Positions 1-10,332 of a stretch of DNA of 64,000 bases are shown in pieces. The stretch's first letter is position 1. Every line of letters starts with the position of its first letter. Position numbers and translations under genes: made by a program. The stretch is taken from NCBI GenBank assembly GCA_964618725.1, contig CAZUBK010000002.1, positions 3,992-67,991 on the forward strand, in the 5' to 3' direction. The notes under the pieces were generated by a model. That model had not been told where the DNA came from, searched no databases, and saw only the letters and a list, made by a program, of their open reading frames with translations. The DNA comes from an uncultured Pseudomonadales bacterium. GTDB taxonomy: Bacteria; Patescibacteriota; Microgenomatia; UBA1400; Chazhemtobacteraceae.

Positions 1-1174
1 AAAAATAGTTGACGTGGAGATAGTAGGTGTCATATTGATCAGAAGAGTGTTTGACGCGGACATATTTTAGAGTCCCTCCACCGCACGCTATCGAACCGCG
101 GAAAAGTTTGCCGGGGCGGACGGCCTTGACTTCGTAGTTTTGATTGGCATTGGTCATGTCAATACCAGTATGCTGGTCGTTGGCATAGCGGGACGAGTAG
201 GCAGTATGTCCGTAACCTTGGGTGATGCGAATAGGTTCACTAATTGGCCAGTCCCAGCTGCCACCAAAACCAAAGGAGGGATCGGGTGAGTTATCCCAGA
301 TGACACTAACAGACTTTAGGAAATTAGCAGGATTTTGATGAGTCTTGTTGTCGATAACTTCAAAGTGTAAATGGGCACCAGTAGAACAGGCAGAAGATGA
401 AGGGATGATGGTAGCTATCTTTTGGTTGACAGAAATGTCACCGACTTCGGTTTCAGTTCCTTTACCGGCAATGATGCTTTCGATAGCGGCTAACTCAGCA
501 ACGGCTTTGGAAAGAAGTTCTTGATAGGTTTTTTCGTTATTCTTGGTTTCGGCTAGGAGCCGATTTTTTTGGCTGCTTTGGACCCCCAAGACTTTCTTTT
601 GTGTTTCCAGTTCAGTCTTGAGGCCTAGGATCTCGGTCTGTTTTTGTTCTTTAGTGGCTTTTTGTTTGTCGAAATCAAGTCGAGCGGATTCTAATTCTTT
701 GATGATGATCTGGTCACGACGCTGCGCATTGTTTAAGTATTTGAGTCTGGTCTGAAAGGTTGAGTATGAACCAGACGAGAAGAAGATCAGTAAGGGATTG
801 GTGTCGCGAGTCTTGTAACTTTCTTTGACTCGCGTCACAAATACCTGGACCAATTTGTCTAGTTGTCCATTTAGATCAGTGATTACGGTGGAAAGACTAT
901 TTATCTCAGTTTCCAGTTGAGCGATTTGAGTGGTGGTATTTTGGATTTGGGCTTGAGTGAGGTTTATCTTGCTGGTGATCAGGTTAAGGGCAGCTTTGAG
1001 GGTCTGCTGCTCTTGGCGCAGAGAGTTGATTTTGTTTTGACAACTGTCGATATATTGGCGGAGCTGGCCAGCCTCTTTGGGTGGCTCGCCACTACAGTCG
1101 ACGGCATAAGCACGTGGCGGGGAAAGAAGAATCAGGAAGCGTAATAAAATGATGAATAGAATCTTTTTTGTCAT
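1..1174 (-). CDS. EnvC-like coiled-coil protein with circularly permuted M23/LytM peptidase domain (3' end reaches the window edge)
   Basis: Not in the ORF track. Translated by hand from ATG 1174, which overlaps the ftsX stop (ATGA): signal peptide MTKKILFIILL, long coiled coil, then STGAHLHFEV...NPANFL...WPISEPIRITQGYG...HTGID...YYLHVNYF. Lies downstream of ftsEX. Confidence 0.85.
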   Translation of the reverse strand, partial: MTKKILFIILLRFLILLSPPRAYAVDCSGEPPKEAGQLRQYIDSCQNKINSLRQEQQTLKAALNLITSKINLTQAQIQNTTTQIAQLETEINSLSTVITDLNGQLDKLVQVFVTRVKESYKTRDTNPLLIFFSSGSYSTFQTRLKYLNNAQRRDQIIIKELESARLDFDKQKATKEQKQTEILGLKTELETQKKVLGVQSSQKNRLLAETKNNEKTYQELLSKAVAELAAIESIIAGKGTETEVGDISVNQKIATIIPSSSACSTGAHLHFEVIDNKTHQNPANFLKSVSVIWDNSPDPSFGFGGSWDWPISEPIRITQGYGHTAYSSRYANDQHTGIDMTNANQNYEVKAVRPGKLFRGSIACGGGTLKYVRVKHSSDQYDTYYLHVNYF

Positions 1175-2082
1175 CTGGAGCGTAATATACGTCCGACGGC
1201 CAGAGAACCAGAAGCCAGTCCAAGGATAAGGGCAGAGAGAAGCGAGCCGCCAAGGATGTAGAGCATGGTAAGAAAAGAGATGGGAAAATCAATGATGCCG
1301 GAAAGCCGGGGAGCGAGAAAAGGAGTGGCATAGAGGAGGGTAGTGTAAGCGAGCACCCAACCAAAAAAGGCACCAGTAGTGGAGTAAAAGATAGACTCAA
1401 AGAGGTAAGGGGTGGAGATGAAGGAGGCCTTGGCGCCGAGGAGCTTCATGGTTTGGATTTCACTACGGCGGTTTCTGACCTTCATGCTGATAACGATGGC
1501 GATAACGAGAACTGAAGCAATTATCTGAGCAATCATTAAGATTAGACCCCCCGTACGAATACCTTTGGTCCAGGCAGTGAGCTCGGAGACGACATCCTCA
1601 GGAAAATCAATATCTTTCTCTCCCTTGGAGTTGATGTCAATCAGATCTGATTGCTTGAGAATGTCAATAATGGGAGAGAAGTCGTTGGCCTTATTCACTG
1701 AGATCTCAAGACTGGCCGGAAGAATATCAGCAGTAATTGTCGAGAGATCGTTGAGACTACCAAGAAGAAGTGGATCACTATTAACTGATTCCTTATAGAT
1801 GGCGAGGGCCTCCTCTTTAGAGATGAAGCGAATATTTTCGATTTTGCCGGTGGAGATAAGGGTGTCTTGGAGTGACTGAGTGTCCTCTTTGGTGACTGAT
1901 TCATTGAGATAGGCGATGATCTGGGGACGGGTCTCAAAATGCTGCAAAATGACCTGAGAGGCGAGGGCGAGGAGTGAGAAAATACTACCCAAGAAGAAAG
2001 TAACGCTGAGAACGAGAACGGCGGCGAGAGCCTGATAAGGAGCGCGACGGATTTGTTTTTGGGCGGTTTTTAGACTTCTCAT
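1171..2082 (-). CDS. ftsX: Cell division permease FtsX
   Basis: 4-TM FtsX layout, ILPASLEI and EIQTMKLLGA motifs, downstream of ftsE. Confidence 0.92.
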   Translation of the reverse strand: MRSLKTAQKQIRRAPYQALAAVLVLSVTFFLGSIFSLLALASQVILQHFETRPQIIAYLNESVTKEDTQSLQDTLISTGKIENIRFISKEEALAIYKESVNSDPLLLGSLNDLSTITADILPASLEISVNKANDFSPIIDILKQSDLIDINSKGEKDIDFPEDVVSELTAWTKGIRTGGLILMIAQIIASVLVIAIVISMKVRNRRSEIQTMKLLGAKASFISTPYLFESIFYSTTGAFFGWVLAYTTLLYATPFLAPRLSGIIDFPISFLTMLYILGGSLLSALILGLASGSLAVGRILRSR

Positions 2083-2095
2083 ATTTAGCTATTAT

Positions 2096-2809
2096 TTACT
2101 TTTTCTCCTCTTCTTCCTTGGGTGTAGTGGCATCGTCTTTCGTTGTTTTGAGAGGCTTGTCTTCTAGTTTACCTTCTTTAAGATACAAGCGGTGGGCAAT
2201 GAGGCCACTGATTGCTTCGTGATCATGAGAGGCGAGAATGACGGTGGTACCAAGCTTGTTGATCTCCTGAAGCAGTTTGATAATTTGTTTCGAGGTATCG
2301 ACATCTAGATTACCGGTTGGTTCATCGGCGAGAAGAATAACGGGTTCAGAGGCAATGGCCCGGGCAATCGCGACGCGCTGGAGCTCACCGCCGGAAAGCT
2401 GACGAGGGAAAAGCATGGCTTTGGCGGTCAGACCAGTAAGGTCGAGGAGGTGATCGAGGCGAGTTTTAATGAGATCGTCTTTGAAGTTGAGAATCTCTAG
2501 GGGGAGAGCGAGATTCTCCCAGACGGTTTTGTCGGGGATGATTTTGAAGTCTTGGAAGGCAAAACCTATTTTGCGCCTATAGACGGCGACGGCTGATGGC
2601 TTTATCTTCGCAATATCCTCGCCATCAACGGTAATTGTTCCTTGGCTTGGTTCCAAGTCCTTGTAGATGAGGCGAAAGAGGGTGGTCTTACCCGAGCCTG
2701 AGGGACCTTCAATAATGACAAATTCTTGGGGTTCGATAATGAAAGAAACGCTATCAAGGACTAAGTCTCCGGTGGGGTAAGTTTTACTGACTTGGTCAAA
2801 AATAATCAT
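2096..2809 (-). CDS. ftsE: Cell division ATP-binding protein FtsE
   Basis: [35 protein letters not shown]; adjacent to ftsX. Confidence 0.93.
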   Translation of the reverse strand: MIIFDQVSKTYPTGDLVLDSVSFIIEPQEFVIIEGPSGSGKTTLFRLIYKDLEPSQGTITVDGEDIAKIKPSAVAVYRRKIGFAFQDFKIIPDKTVWENLALPLEILNFKDDLIKTRLDHLLDLTGLTAKAMLFPRQLSGGELQRVAIARAIASEPVILLADEPTGNLDVDTSKQIIKLLQEINKLGTTVILASHDHEAISGLIAHRLYLKEGKLEDKPLKTTKDDATTPKEEEEKK

Positions 2810-2853
2810 GGGGATTTTGACTTGTAATTACTTATAAAGCCACTACAAAAAAG

Positions 2854-3420
2854 TTATTCAGGCTTGCTGGCATTTAACTCGAGAATCTGGACTCGGCCGA
2901 CATCCATGAGCCAACCGGCTCTTTGGGCGGCAAAGGTTTCGCCCCAAACCTGAACTTTATGGCCCATGAGGGCATCAAGATCGACGACGCTGCTAGTGAG
3001 ATAGACCGTTTGAGATACTCCACCGGGGCGCAAGAGGTGATGGCTGCCTTCACCTTCAATACCGCCTTTTTCGAGAACACCCTCTGCATCATCGGGAAAC
3101 GCACTAGCATCATCGATACCGATAATTTCACCGACTTTGAGTTTGCTTGAGTCGATGTTGGTGGCGATGGATCCAGTTGGTGGCTTACCCGGAAGGAGTT
3201 GATTGAGAAGGTAGCCGGTTCCGATACCAAGAATAACTGTGAGACCAAAAATAATAAGCTTGGGAAAAACGCTTTGGTGAGTGAGTTGTTTGGCTACGTT
3301 AGTGGTAGTCTGTTGTGCAGTAGTTGCTGCTTGAGTAACTGCTTGTCCGGTGGCTTGCGCCGTGGATGAAATCGTACTGATGGGATTAAAATCTCCGGTG
3401 GGGTTGTTAAGTTCGGGCAT
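2854..3420 (-). CDS. Single-TM hypothetical protein with small beta-rich C-terminal domain
   Basis: Low-complexity N-terminus and one TM segment. Start moved to ATG 3420, which has TACACT 6 nt upstream. Confidence 0.7.
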   Translation of the reverse strand: MPELNNPTGDFNPISTISSTAQATGQAVTQAATTAQQTTTNVAKQLTHQSVFPKLIIFGLTVILGIGTGYLLNQLLPGKPPTGSIATNIDSSKLKVGEIIGIDDASAFPDDAEGVLEKGGIEGEGSHHLLRPGGVSQTVYLTSSVVDLDALMGHKVQVWGETFAAQRAGWLMDVGRVQILELNASKPE

Positions 3421-3478
3421 ATTTTGAGTGTAACATAAGAGCTTGTTCTTTTCGCAAGAGTAATTAGACATGAAGCAA

Positions 3479-4564
3479 TTAAGACAGTTGTCTTAGCTCT
3501 GCTTCTAAGAATTCGTCTAGATCTCCATCAAGGACAGAGTCGGGGTCGGTGGACTCAACATCAGTCCGGTTGTCTTTGACTAGTTTGTAGGGATGCAGTA
3601 CATAGGACCGGATCTGGTTACCGAAGCCGGCGATTTTGTATTCACCTTTGATATCGGAGAGTTCTTGTTTTTGTTTCTTTTCTTCAATTTCCCAGAGTTT
3701 GGCTTTGAGAATCTGGAGGGCTTGACGACGATTCTGCTCTTGGTACCGCTCGGTGCGGCATTCGACAATAATACCAGTTGGTTTGTGAACAAGCCTCACG
3801 GCGGTGGCGACTTTATTGACGTTTTGTCCCCCCGGTCCCCCGGCGCGAGAAAAAGACCACTCGAGATCATCTTCTTTGATATCAATATCGATTTCTTCTT
3901 CGACGACGGGAGCGACTTCGATATTGGCAAATGAAGTTTGGCGAAGTTTGTCGGCATTAAAGGGACTTTGGCGGACGAGGCGGTGAGCACCGACTTCGTG
4001 TTTGAGATATCCATAAGCATAAGGAGCGGTGATGGTGATGGTAGCAGACTTGAGTCCGGCTTCTTCGCCGGGAGATTCATCAACCAACCCCCACTTCCAA
4101 CCCTTACGTTCACAATAGCGGGTATACATACGAAGGAGCATAGCGGCCCAATCCATGGCTTCGGTACCACCTTGCCCTGAATGGACGGAGAGGATGGCAC
4201 TGCTTTTATCGAATTTACCGGAGAGATAGACTTGGAGTTCAAGTTTCTTTAGTTTGGCTTCGAGTTGACGAGTCAATTGCTCGAGATCTTGGGTTAGGCT
4301 TTCGTCTTCAGCCTTTATTTGAAGCTGTGTAAGTTCAGTTATCGTTTGATAGTCATGGTCAAGATCATGAAAGGTTTGAATCGTGTCTTGAATATGGGTG
4401 AGTTCCTGCAAGATGCTACGAGCATTGACTTCATCTTGCCAGAGGCCTGGGTCAGAGGACTTACCTTGGAGCGTCTCTAGTTTATTTTGGAGATTCTTAA
4501 TATCAAGTTTAGCTTTAAGTCCGGTTATTTTCGCTTGTAGATCAGGAAGATCTGTTATCGCCAT
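3479..4564 (-). CDS. prfB: Peptide chain release factor 2 (single ORF, no programmed frameshift)
   Basis: SPF motif (RQSPFN), GGQ motif, QIRSYV. Confidence 0.96.
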   Translation of the reverse strand: MAITDLPDLQAKITGLKAKLDIKNLQNKLETLQGKSSDPGLWQDEVNARSILQELTHIQDTIQTFHDLDHDYQTITELTQLQIKAEDESLTQDLEQLTRQLEAKLKKLELQVYLSGKFDKSSAILSVHSGQGGTEAMDWAAMLLRMYTRYCERKGWKWGLVDESPGEEAGLKSATITITAPYAYGYLKHEVGAHRLVRQSPFNADKLRQTSFANIEVAPVVEEEIDIDIKEDDLEWSFSRAGGPGGQNVNKVATAVRLVHKPTGIIVECRTERYQEQNRRQALQILKAKLWEIEEKKQKQELSDIKGEYKIAGFGNQIRSYVLHPYKLVKDNRTDVESTDPDSVLDGDLDEFLEAELRQLS

Positions 4565-4573
4565 GCTGAGATT

Positions 4574-4687
4574 ATATACCCAAGTAATTTGAGTTTATAT
4601 TCCTTAACAGGATCTTCGACTTGATATGTTGGGACATATACCCAAATCTTTATTTTGAGAAATGTAAATTGGAATTCTTTGGGTATA
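4574..4687. repeat. Double inverted-repeat element, copy A (MITE/REP-like)
   Basis: ATATACCCAA(4574)..TTGGGACATAT, then TATACCCAAA(4637)..TTTGGGTATA(4678-4687). Shares CCCAAGTAATTwGAGTTT and TGATATGTTGGG with 21774-21863. Confidence 0.65.
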
Positions 4688-4695
4688 GCGAGAGA

Positions 4696-5457
4696 TCAGG
4701 AATCAATCACTGGTGGCTCTTTTTCTTCTATATCCTTTCTAGATGGTAAAACCCAGCCCACCTTTTGATATGCTCTTCTAACTATTCTTTGGGCACGCTG
4801 ATGGGAATGGAAATCTGATTCTTCTACCTCTAGATGTTCATTCCATTTAAGGAGACGATATTTGAACAAAGTATTAGTTAAGATGGCGGCAACCGCATAT
4901 TCGGTAGCATGGGAGTCCATTTCTGCATCTCGACCAACTTTGGAAATACTTGAGACTATTTTATCATCGTCATTTATTTGCAACGTTGATACGTTCCCTT
5001 TCTTGGTAGCGGTTCTGATTAGTTCTAAAATAACTTCGGGCGGATCGGTGCGGATATTGATTTCGTCAAAATTTACATTGCCTTTGGTATAGGTAGTGAT
5101 GATTTTTTTGAGGATTCTAAGATGCATTTCATCGAGAATCTCTCTTTTGTCACTAGTTTCAAGTCCTGAATCGGTTCTGATTAATTTAGATTTGAAGTAC
5201 TCCAGCTCTTCTGGAGAGAGATCGATAGAAGTTATTTTCACTTCGTCAGGAGTCAGAACTTCTTTGTCCTTAAACTTCAGATGGTAACCAATTTCGTGCC
5301 CAATCTCATGGGCCGCAACTGTAAGCAGAGAAAAAGTAGGTAAAGGAGGCAAGACTATTTCGCTTTTACCAGTGTTCCTATCACGGGCATGATATGCAAA
5401 GAAGGAATCTTGAGCATCTTCGTCTAAGGTTTCAGATGTTGTTTGTTCTTCGAGCAT
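4696..5457 (-). CDS. Hypothetical protein with HExxH zincin-like motif
   Basis: VAAHEIGHE motif; acidic 253 aa ORF coupled to the upstream gene. Confidence 0.6.
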   Translation of the reverse strand: MLEEQTTSETLDEDAQDSFFAYHARDRNTGKSEIVLPPLPTFSLLTVAAHEIGHEIGYHLKFKDKEVLTPDEVKITSIDLSPEELEYFKSKLIRTDSGLETSDKREILDEMHLRILKKIITTYTKGNVNFDEINIRTDPPEVILELIRTATKKGNVSTLQINDDDKIVSSISKVGRDAEMDSHATEYAVAAILTNTLFKYRLLKWNEHLEVEESDFHSHQRAQRIVRRAYQKVGWVLPSRKDIEEKEPPVIDS

Positions 5458-5870
5458 TATTTTTCTAAGTCACTGATTATCTGATCACAAGTAGTCCGGA
5501 GGATCTTCGCGGCTTCTTTCTTGGGAAGATTCTGTAACTCCTGGGAGACAGAAGAGATTGTGTTATCAATAGCCGTTTTGGCATCTTGGGTGATTTGGTC
5601 AGTTGAGACACCTTTGACTTGGGCGGTGGTTGAGATCTCAATAATGGATTGGGGTTGGGTTAGTTTGTCGGTAGCTTTACTAAGGATGGGATTCTTAGCG
5701 GCAAGGTTGGCGAGAGAATCGGTTTGGGAGATAAAAATATTGGCGGCATTTTGGGCGGGAGCCGGGAGATTTTGAGGACGAGCGACATAAATGTAACCGA
5801 TTCCGGCAATACTACTAAAGAGGAGAAGACGAGTAAGGATAGGGAAGAGTTGTTGCATGAGTACATCCAA
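5457..5870 (-). CDS. Hypothetical N-terminally anchored membrane protein
   Basis: N-terminal TM segment and helical tail; the start may be ATG 5858. Confidence 0.65.
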   Translation of the reverse strand: MDVLMQQLFPILTRLLLFSSIAGIGYIYVARPQNLPAPAQNAANIFISQTDSLANLAAKNPILSKATDKLTQPQSIIEISTTAQVKGVSTDQITQDAKTAIDNTISSVSQELQNLPKKEAAKILRTTCDQIISDLEK

Positions 5871-5926
5871 TATATACGAGCGTCAGTGAGTATGACAAGG
5901 AGCACGATTAAGACTATAATGTGTCC

Positions 5927-6946
5927 GTGCCTGAAGATATAAAAAAAGAAAAGAGAAGCAATACTCGTTTTTGGTGGGTAGGTCTGATACTGCTGTTGGT
6001 GGGAGGATTAGTTGGGTGGAGAGTATGGACGACTCAACCAAAAGCGACAGAGAGAGCGACGATTAAAAGAGGAGAGGTGAAAGAAGTCCTAGTTCTGTCG
6101 GGTGAGATTAATGCAGTCGAATACGCAAACCTAGTCTTTAATTCTAGTGGAGAAATCACCTGGATGGGAGTAAAGGAAGGGGATCGGGTAAAGAAGGGAC
6201 AAGCTTTGGCTAAATTGGATACGATAACGCTCAACACAACATATCAACGAGCAAGGGCAGATCTTCGGAATGCAGAGGCAACCTTAGCACGAGTCTATGA
6301 CGAAGTTAAAAACCATAGTAAAGATGAGACGTTTGAACAAAAAGAGGATAGAACAACGGCAGAAGTCGCTAAGGATAAAGCTTATGAAGCGGTAATTGCG
6401 GCAGAAAAGAATCTTAGGAATGCGACAATCCAGGCGCCATTTGAGGGTGTAGTGAGTAGCATTACTAACCCGTTTACAGGGGTGAATGTGATACAAACAC
6501 AGAGTCAAATAGAGCTGATAAATCCAGAGACTATGTACTTTGAGGTGTTAGCAGACCAGACTGAGGTATCGTTATTGAAGCTGAGTCAGGAAGTGGAGAT
6601 AGCGCTTGATGCTTTGGAAGACAGTGTCTATCGGGGGGTCATTAAGGAGATTAGCTACACACCAAAAAGTGGAGAGACGGGGACAGTGTATGCAGTTGAA
6701 ATCGCTTTTGATCAAACTGATCTAGAGAAATTCAGAATGGGCTTGACTGGAGATGCCAGTTTTGTGACAGATCAGAAGACTGACGTACTGTATGTATCAA
6801 GAAGATTTTTGAACTCAGACAAAAAAGGTAAATTCTTAAAAGTAGGAAATGAGAAAAATAAGACCTATGTAGAAATCGGACTTGAAGGAGATGAAGTGGT
6901 TGAAGTGAAAGGAGAGTTTAAGGAAGGAGAGACTATTTATGATTGA
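5927..6946 (+). CDS. Efflux membrane-fusion (MacA-like) adaptor subunit
   Basis: N-terminal TM, VKEGDRVKKGQALAKLD, IQAPFEGVV. GTG 5927 has TATAAT 6 nt upstream. Confidence 0.88.
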   Translation: MPEDIKKEKRSNTRFWWVGLILLLVGGLVGWRVWTTQPKATERATIKRGEVKEVLVLSGEINAVEYANLVFNSSGEITWMGVKEGDRVKKGQALAKLDTITLNTTYQRARADLRNAEATLARVYDEVKNHSKDETFEQKEDRTTAEVAKDKAYEAVIAAEKNLRNATIQAPFEGVVSSITNPFTGVNVIQTQSQIELINPETMYFEVLADQTEVSLLKLSQEVEIALDALEDSVYRGVIKEISYTPKSGETGTVYAVEIAFDQTDLEKFRMGLTGDASFVTDQKTDVLYVSRRFLNSDKKGKFLKVGNEKNKTYVEIGLEGDEVVEVKGEFKEGETIYD

Positions 6947-7607
6947 ACTTAGGAACGTAAGTAAACGATATTTCCTTGGAGATGAGGAGGTAAAGGCTGT
7001 CGCTGATATCAATTTCAAGATAAAGGAGGGTGAATACGTCAGTTTGCTTGGACCATCGGGATGTGGTAAATCGACCTTAATGTATTTGATGGGACTATTA
7101 GAGATTCCGAGTACTGGCCAGATCTTGATTGACGGAAAGGATGTATCAAAATTGTCAGATGATGAGTTGTCTTTGGTAAGAAATAGGAAAGTTGGGTTTG
7201 TCTTCCAGTCCTTTAACTTGATAAATAAGTTTACTGTCTGGGAAAACATCATGATGCCGACAAAATATGTCAAACAGGAGATTGATTTTGATCCAGAAAG
7301 AAGAGCAGAAGAACTATTGAGGCGATTTGGGATCTGGGAGAGGAGGAACTTTTTCCCCAACAAGATCTCTGGAGGACAACAGCAAAGGGTGGCGATTGCC
7401 AGAGCATTAATAATGAAGCCTGTCCTTATCTTGGCAGATGAGCCGACGGGGAACTTAGATACGAAGGTAGGGGACGAGATCATGAAGCTACTCGAGGAAC
7501 TAAATGATGAGCTAAAAGTAACAATAGTCTTAGTGACCCATGAACCGGATATTGCGAGGAGAACTAAAAGGCAAATATTAATGAAGGACGGACAGATATT
7601 GAAATGA
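6939..7607 (+). CDS. ABC transporter ATP-binding protein (MacB/LolD type)
   Basis: [40 protein letters not shown]. Confidence 0.93.
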   Translation: MIELRNVSKRYFLGDEEVKAVADINFKIKEGEYVSLLGPSGCGKSTLMYLMGLLEIPSTGQILIDGKDVSKLSDDELSLVRNRKVGFVFQSFNLINKFTVWENIMMPTKYVKQEIDFDPERRAEELLRRFGIWERRNFFPNKISGGQQQRVAIARALIMKPVLILADEPTGNLDTKVGDEIMKLLEELNDELKVTIVLVTHEPDIARRTKRQILMKDGQILK

Positions 7608-8806
7608 AGCTAAAAAACGGAACCTACCATCTATTAGCATCAGCAATCTCAGACTTCAAGAGAAATAAAGTGAGGACTTTTCTGACGTCTTTGGGAATAA
7701 TGATCGGAGTAATGTCAGTAGTGATGTTGATTGCTTTGGGTTTGGGATTGAAAAACTACATTCAGGGACAGTTCGAGGGCCTTGGAGCAAATCTCATTCT
7801 GATTTTACCTGGGAGTGGATTTGGTGGCCAGGGTGGATTCGGGGCGGGTCTAGTGGGTGGAGCCGAGTTTGATGAACGCGACGTTAGAGATCTAAGAAGA
7901 ATTGAGGAACTAAAATATATTGTTCCAGTTGTTTTTAAGTCGACGGCGGTAAAGACGGAAGATGAAGAAGAATTTGGCTACATAATGGGGGTCAATGAGG
8001 ACTTCTTCGATCTAATGAATCTAGAAAGTTTGTCTGGAGAAAGGTTTGGGGTGAGTGAGATCCAGAAAAAATCAAAGGTGGCAGTATTGGGCTATAACCT
8101 TGCAGAGAAATTGTTTGGAGATACAGGAGCGGCGGTTGGAGAAAATGTAAAAATTGAGAATATCAGGTATCAGGTAATCGGAGTAGCCAAGAAGACGGGG
8201 GACAGAGAGACAGATGGAGCAGCTGTGGTTCCGTACACCTCGACTTTTGGAAGTCTAAATCCAAAAAAGACGTTTTGGGCAATTTATGTAGGCGTGATGG
8301 ATGAAACCGATGTCGAACTAGGAAAGATGAAAATAGAGGAGACATTGTTAAGACGCTACGATGAGGAGGATTTTTCGGTAACGGAACAGGCAGAGATACT
8401 CTCGACAGTGAATCAGATCTTTGAGATCATAAACTTGGTTTTGGTCGCGATTGGCTCAATCTCACTACTAGTGGGAGGGATTGGAATCATGAATATCATG
8501 TATGCAACGGTGACGGAAAGAACCAAGGAGGTGGGAATCAGGCGAGCGATCGGAGCAACCAAAAAAGACGTTCTGTCTCAGTTCTTAGTTGAGTCGGTGG
8601 CGTTATCGGTGATTGGGGGAGCAATGGGATTAATACTGGCGAGTGTTATAGTTTTGGTCGTACGGATTTGGTTTCCAGTGGCGCTTAATTTACTGGCTGT
8701 CTTGATCGCATTTGGCGTATCATCGGCAATCGGGGTATTCTTTGGCGTTTTCCCTGCGCGACGGGCAGCCAATTTGCCGCCGATTGAAGCGATTAGATAC
8801 GAGTAA
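7604..8806 (+). CDS. ABC transporter permease (MacB-like)
   Basis: RTFLTSLGIMIG, GGIGIMNIM..TVTERTKEVGIRRAIGA, PIEAIRYE. Confidence 0.93.
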   Translation: MKLKNGTYHLLASAISDFKRNKVRTFLTSLGIMIGVMSVVMLIALGLGLKNYIQGQFEGLGANLILILPGSGFGGQGGFGAGLVGGAEFDERDVRDLRRIEELKYIVPVVFKSTAVKTEDEEEFGYIMGVNEDFFDLMNLESLSGERFGVSEIQKKSKVAVLGYNLAEKLFGDTGAAVGENVKIENIRYQVIGVAKKTGDRETDGAAVVPYTSTFGSLNPKKTFWAIYVGVMDETDVELGKMKIEETLLRRYDEEDFSVTEQAEILSTVNQIFEIINLVLVAIGSISLLVGGIGIMNIMYATVTERTKEVGIRRAIGATKKDVLSQFLVESVALSVIGGAMGLILASVIVLVVRIWFPVALNLLAVLIAFGVSSAIGVFFGVFPARRAANLPPIEAIRYE

Positions 8807-9632
8807 TCTCTTTGGCGATATTTATATTCTTAGTATTGGGACCCTGCTTGTTATCACCGGGTACTTCGAGAATGAGGGGAAGATGAAACAACTTGGAATG
8901 AGTAGCAAAGTATTTGAGTCCAGATAGACCGATTTCTCCCTCGCCTAAGTTGGCGTGTTGATCATGTTTACTATTGAGTTTGGTTTTAGAATCGTTGAGA
9001 TGAAGGCAGGCTATTTGGGGAAGGATACTTCTTTTGTCTAGTTCTTCAATCAAGCGATCGGTTTCCTTGATATTTCTGAGGTCCCAACCAGATTCAAAGA
9101 GATGGGCGGTATCGAGGCAGACTTTTACCCGGGGATTGTTGAGACATTTAAGAAGACTCTCGATTTCCTCTAAAGTACCGATTTTGCCATTTTGGCCGGC
9201 AGAATTTTCGATGATGAAGCGGACATCTCTTGTTTGGTCTAGAAGACGAGTAATATTTTGATACACTTGGGACTCGCAGGCAGGATATCCTCGACCTTGG
9301 TGGGAACCCAGATGGGCGATGACGCCGGCACTCTTGATGGCATCCCCATTCTTCATATCCATCAGCAAAGAATCAAAAGACTTCTTGAGGAGATCCTGAT
9401 TGTCAGAACCTAAGTTGACGAGATAGAGGGCGTGGATAAAGACGGGACGGAGATCGAGCTGGTCGGCGAGAAGATTGAACTGATTGACTTGTGACTGAGA
9501 ATATGGAGCTCTCGCCCACATACGGGGGGAACCAGCAAAGATCTGGATGCAATTGCCGCCAATGGCTTGGATATTCTTGATGGCGGTGATTGGACCACCG
9601 GCCGAAGAGACATGAGCACCAATCTTACGCAT
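8793..9632 (-). CDS. nfo: Endonuclease IV (AP endonuclease family 2)
   Basis: IGAHVS, HALYLVNL, IENSAG, CLDTAH, HLNDSK, HDQHANLGEG. Confidence 0.93.
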   Translation of the reverse strand: MRKIGAHVSSAGGPITAIKNIQAIGGNCIQIFAGSPRMWARAPYSQSQVNQFNLLADQLDLRPVFIHALYLVNLGSDNQDLLKKSFDSLLMDMKNGDAIKSAGVIAHLGSHQGRGYPACESQVYQNITRLLDQTRDVRFIIENSAGQNGKIGTLEEIESLLKCLNNPRVKVCLDTAHLFESGWDLRNIKETDRLIEELDKRSILPQIACLHLNDSKTKLNSKHDQHANLGEGEIGLSGLKYFATHSKLFHLPLILEVPGDNKQGPNTKNINIAKEITRI

Positions 9633-9633
9633 G

Positions 9634-10299
9634 CTACTTGATTATCTGGATTTCTTTGATGACGACATTGGTGAGGGGGCGGTCACTGGCATCGGTAGGA
9701 ACGCTGACAATTTTATCAACAATTTCTTGACCTTTTGTCACTTTGCCGAAGATAGTATGTTTGCCATTGAGCCAGGTGGTCGGAGCAGTGGTGATGAAGA
9801 ACTGAGAACCATTGGTGCCAGGCCCAGAGTTAGCCATGGCGAGCATATAAGGCTCGGAAAAGGTTAGAGAGGAGTCAAATTCATCGGCAAAGCGGTAGCC
9901 TGGCCCGCCTGTACCATTACCAAGTGGGTCACCACCCTGGATCATGAAATCTTTTATGACGCGATGGAAAATGGTGTTGGAATAAAGGGGGGTATTGGTT
10001 TTTTCTTGTCTGGTTTTGGGGTCGGTCCAGTTTTTGCTGCCGTCAGCAAGACTGGCAAAGTTGGCAACAGTTAGAGGTGCTTTGTCTGAGAAAAGCTTTA
10101 CGGTGATCTCACCGAGTGAGGTTGTTATAACGGCTACGGCAGCCGGAGTGGCTTCATTGATTGGAGTCGGGGTTGGCATAGGAGTGGGAGTACTAGAAGT
10201 ACTTAAAGGCTGATTAGTAATAGTTTTGGGGGCAGGGGTAAAGAGGGTGCAGGAGGAGAGGAGAAAAGAAGCGAGAAAAAGAATGAGCACTCGAGACAT
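9634..10299 (-). CDS. Cyclophilin-type peptidyl-prolyl isomerase, lipoprotein
   Basis: Lipobox LSSC; FHRVIKDFMIQGGDP, AMANSGPGTNGSQFFIT. Confidence 0.95.
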   Translation of the reverse strand: MSRVLILFLASFLLSSCTLFTPAPKTITNQPLSTSSTPTPMPTPTPINEATPAAVAVITTSLGEITVKLFSDKAPLTVANFASLADGSKNWTDPKTRQEKTNTPLYSNTIFHRVIKDFMIQGGDPLGNGTGGPGYRFADEFDSSLTFSEPYMLAMANSGPGTNGSQFFITTAPTTWLNGKHTIFGKVTKGQEIVDKIVSVPTDASDRPLTNVVIKEIQIIK

Positions 10300-10332
10300 T
10301 TGCCGATTGTAACATGTGTTAGTATTGGTTTT

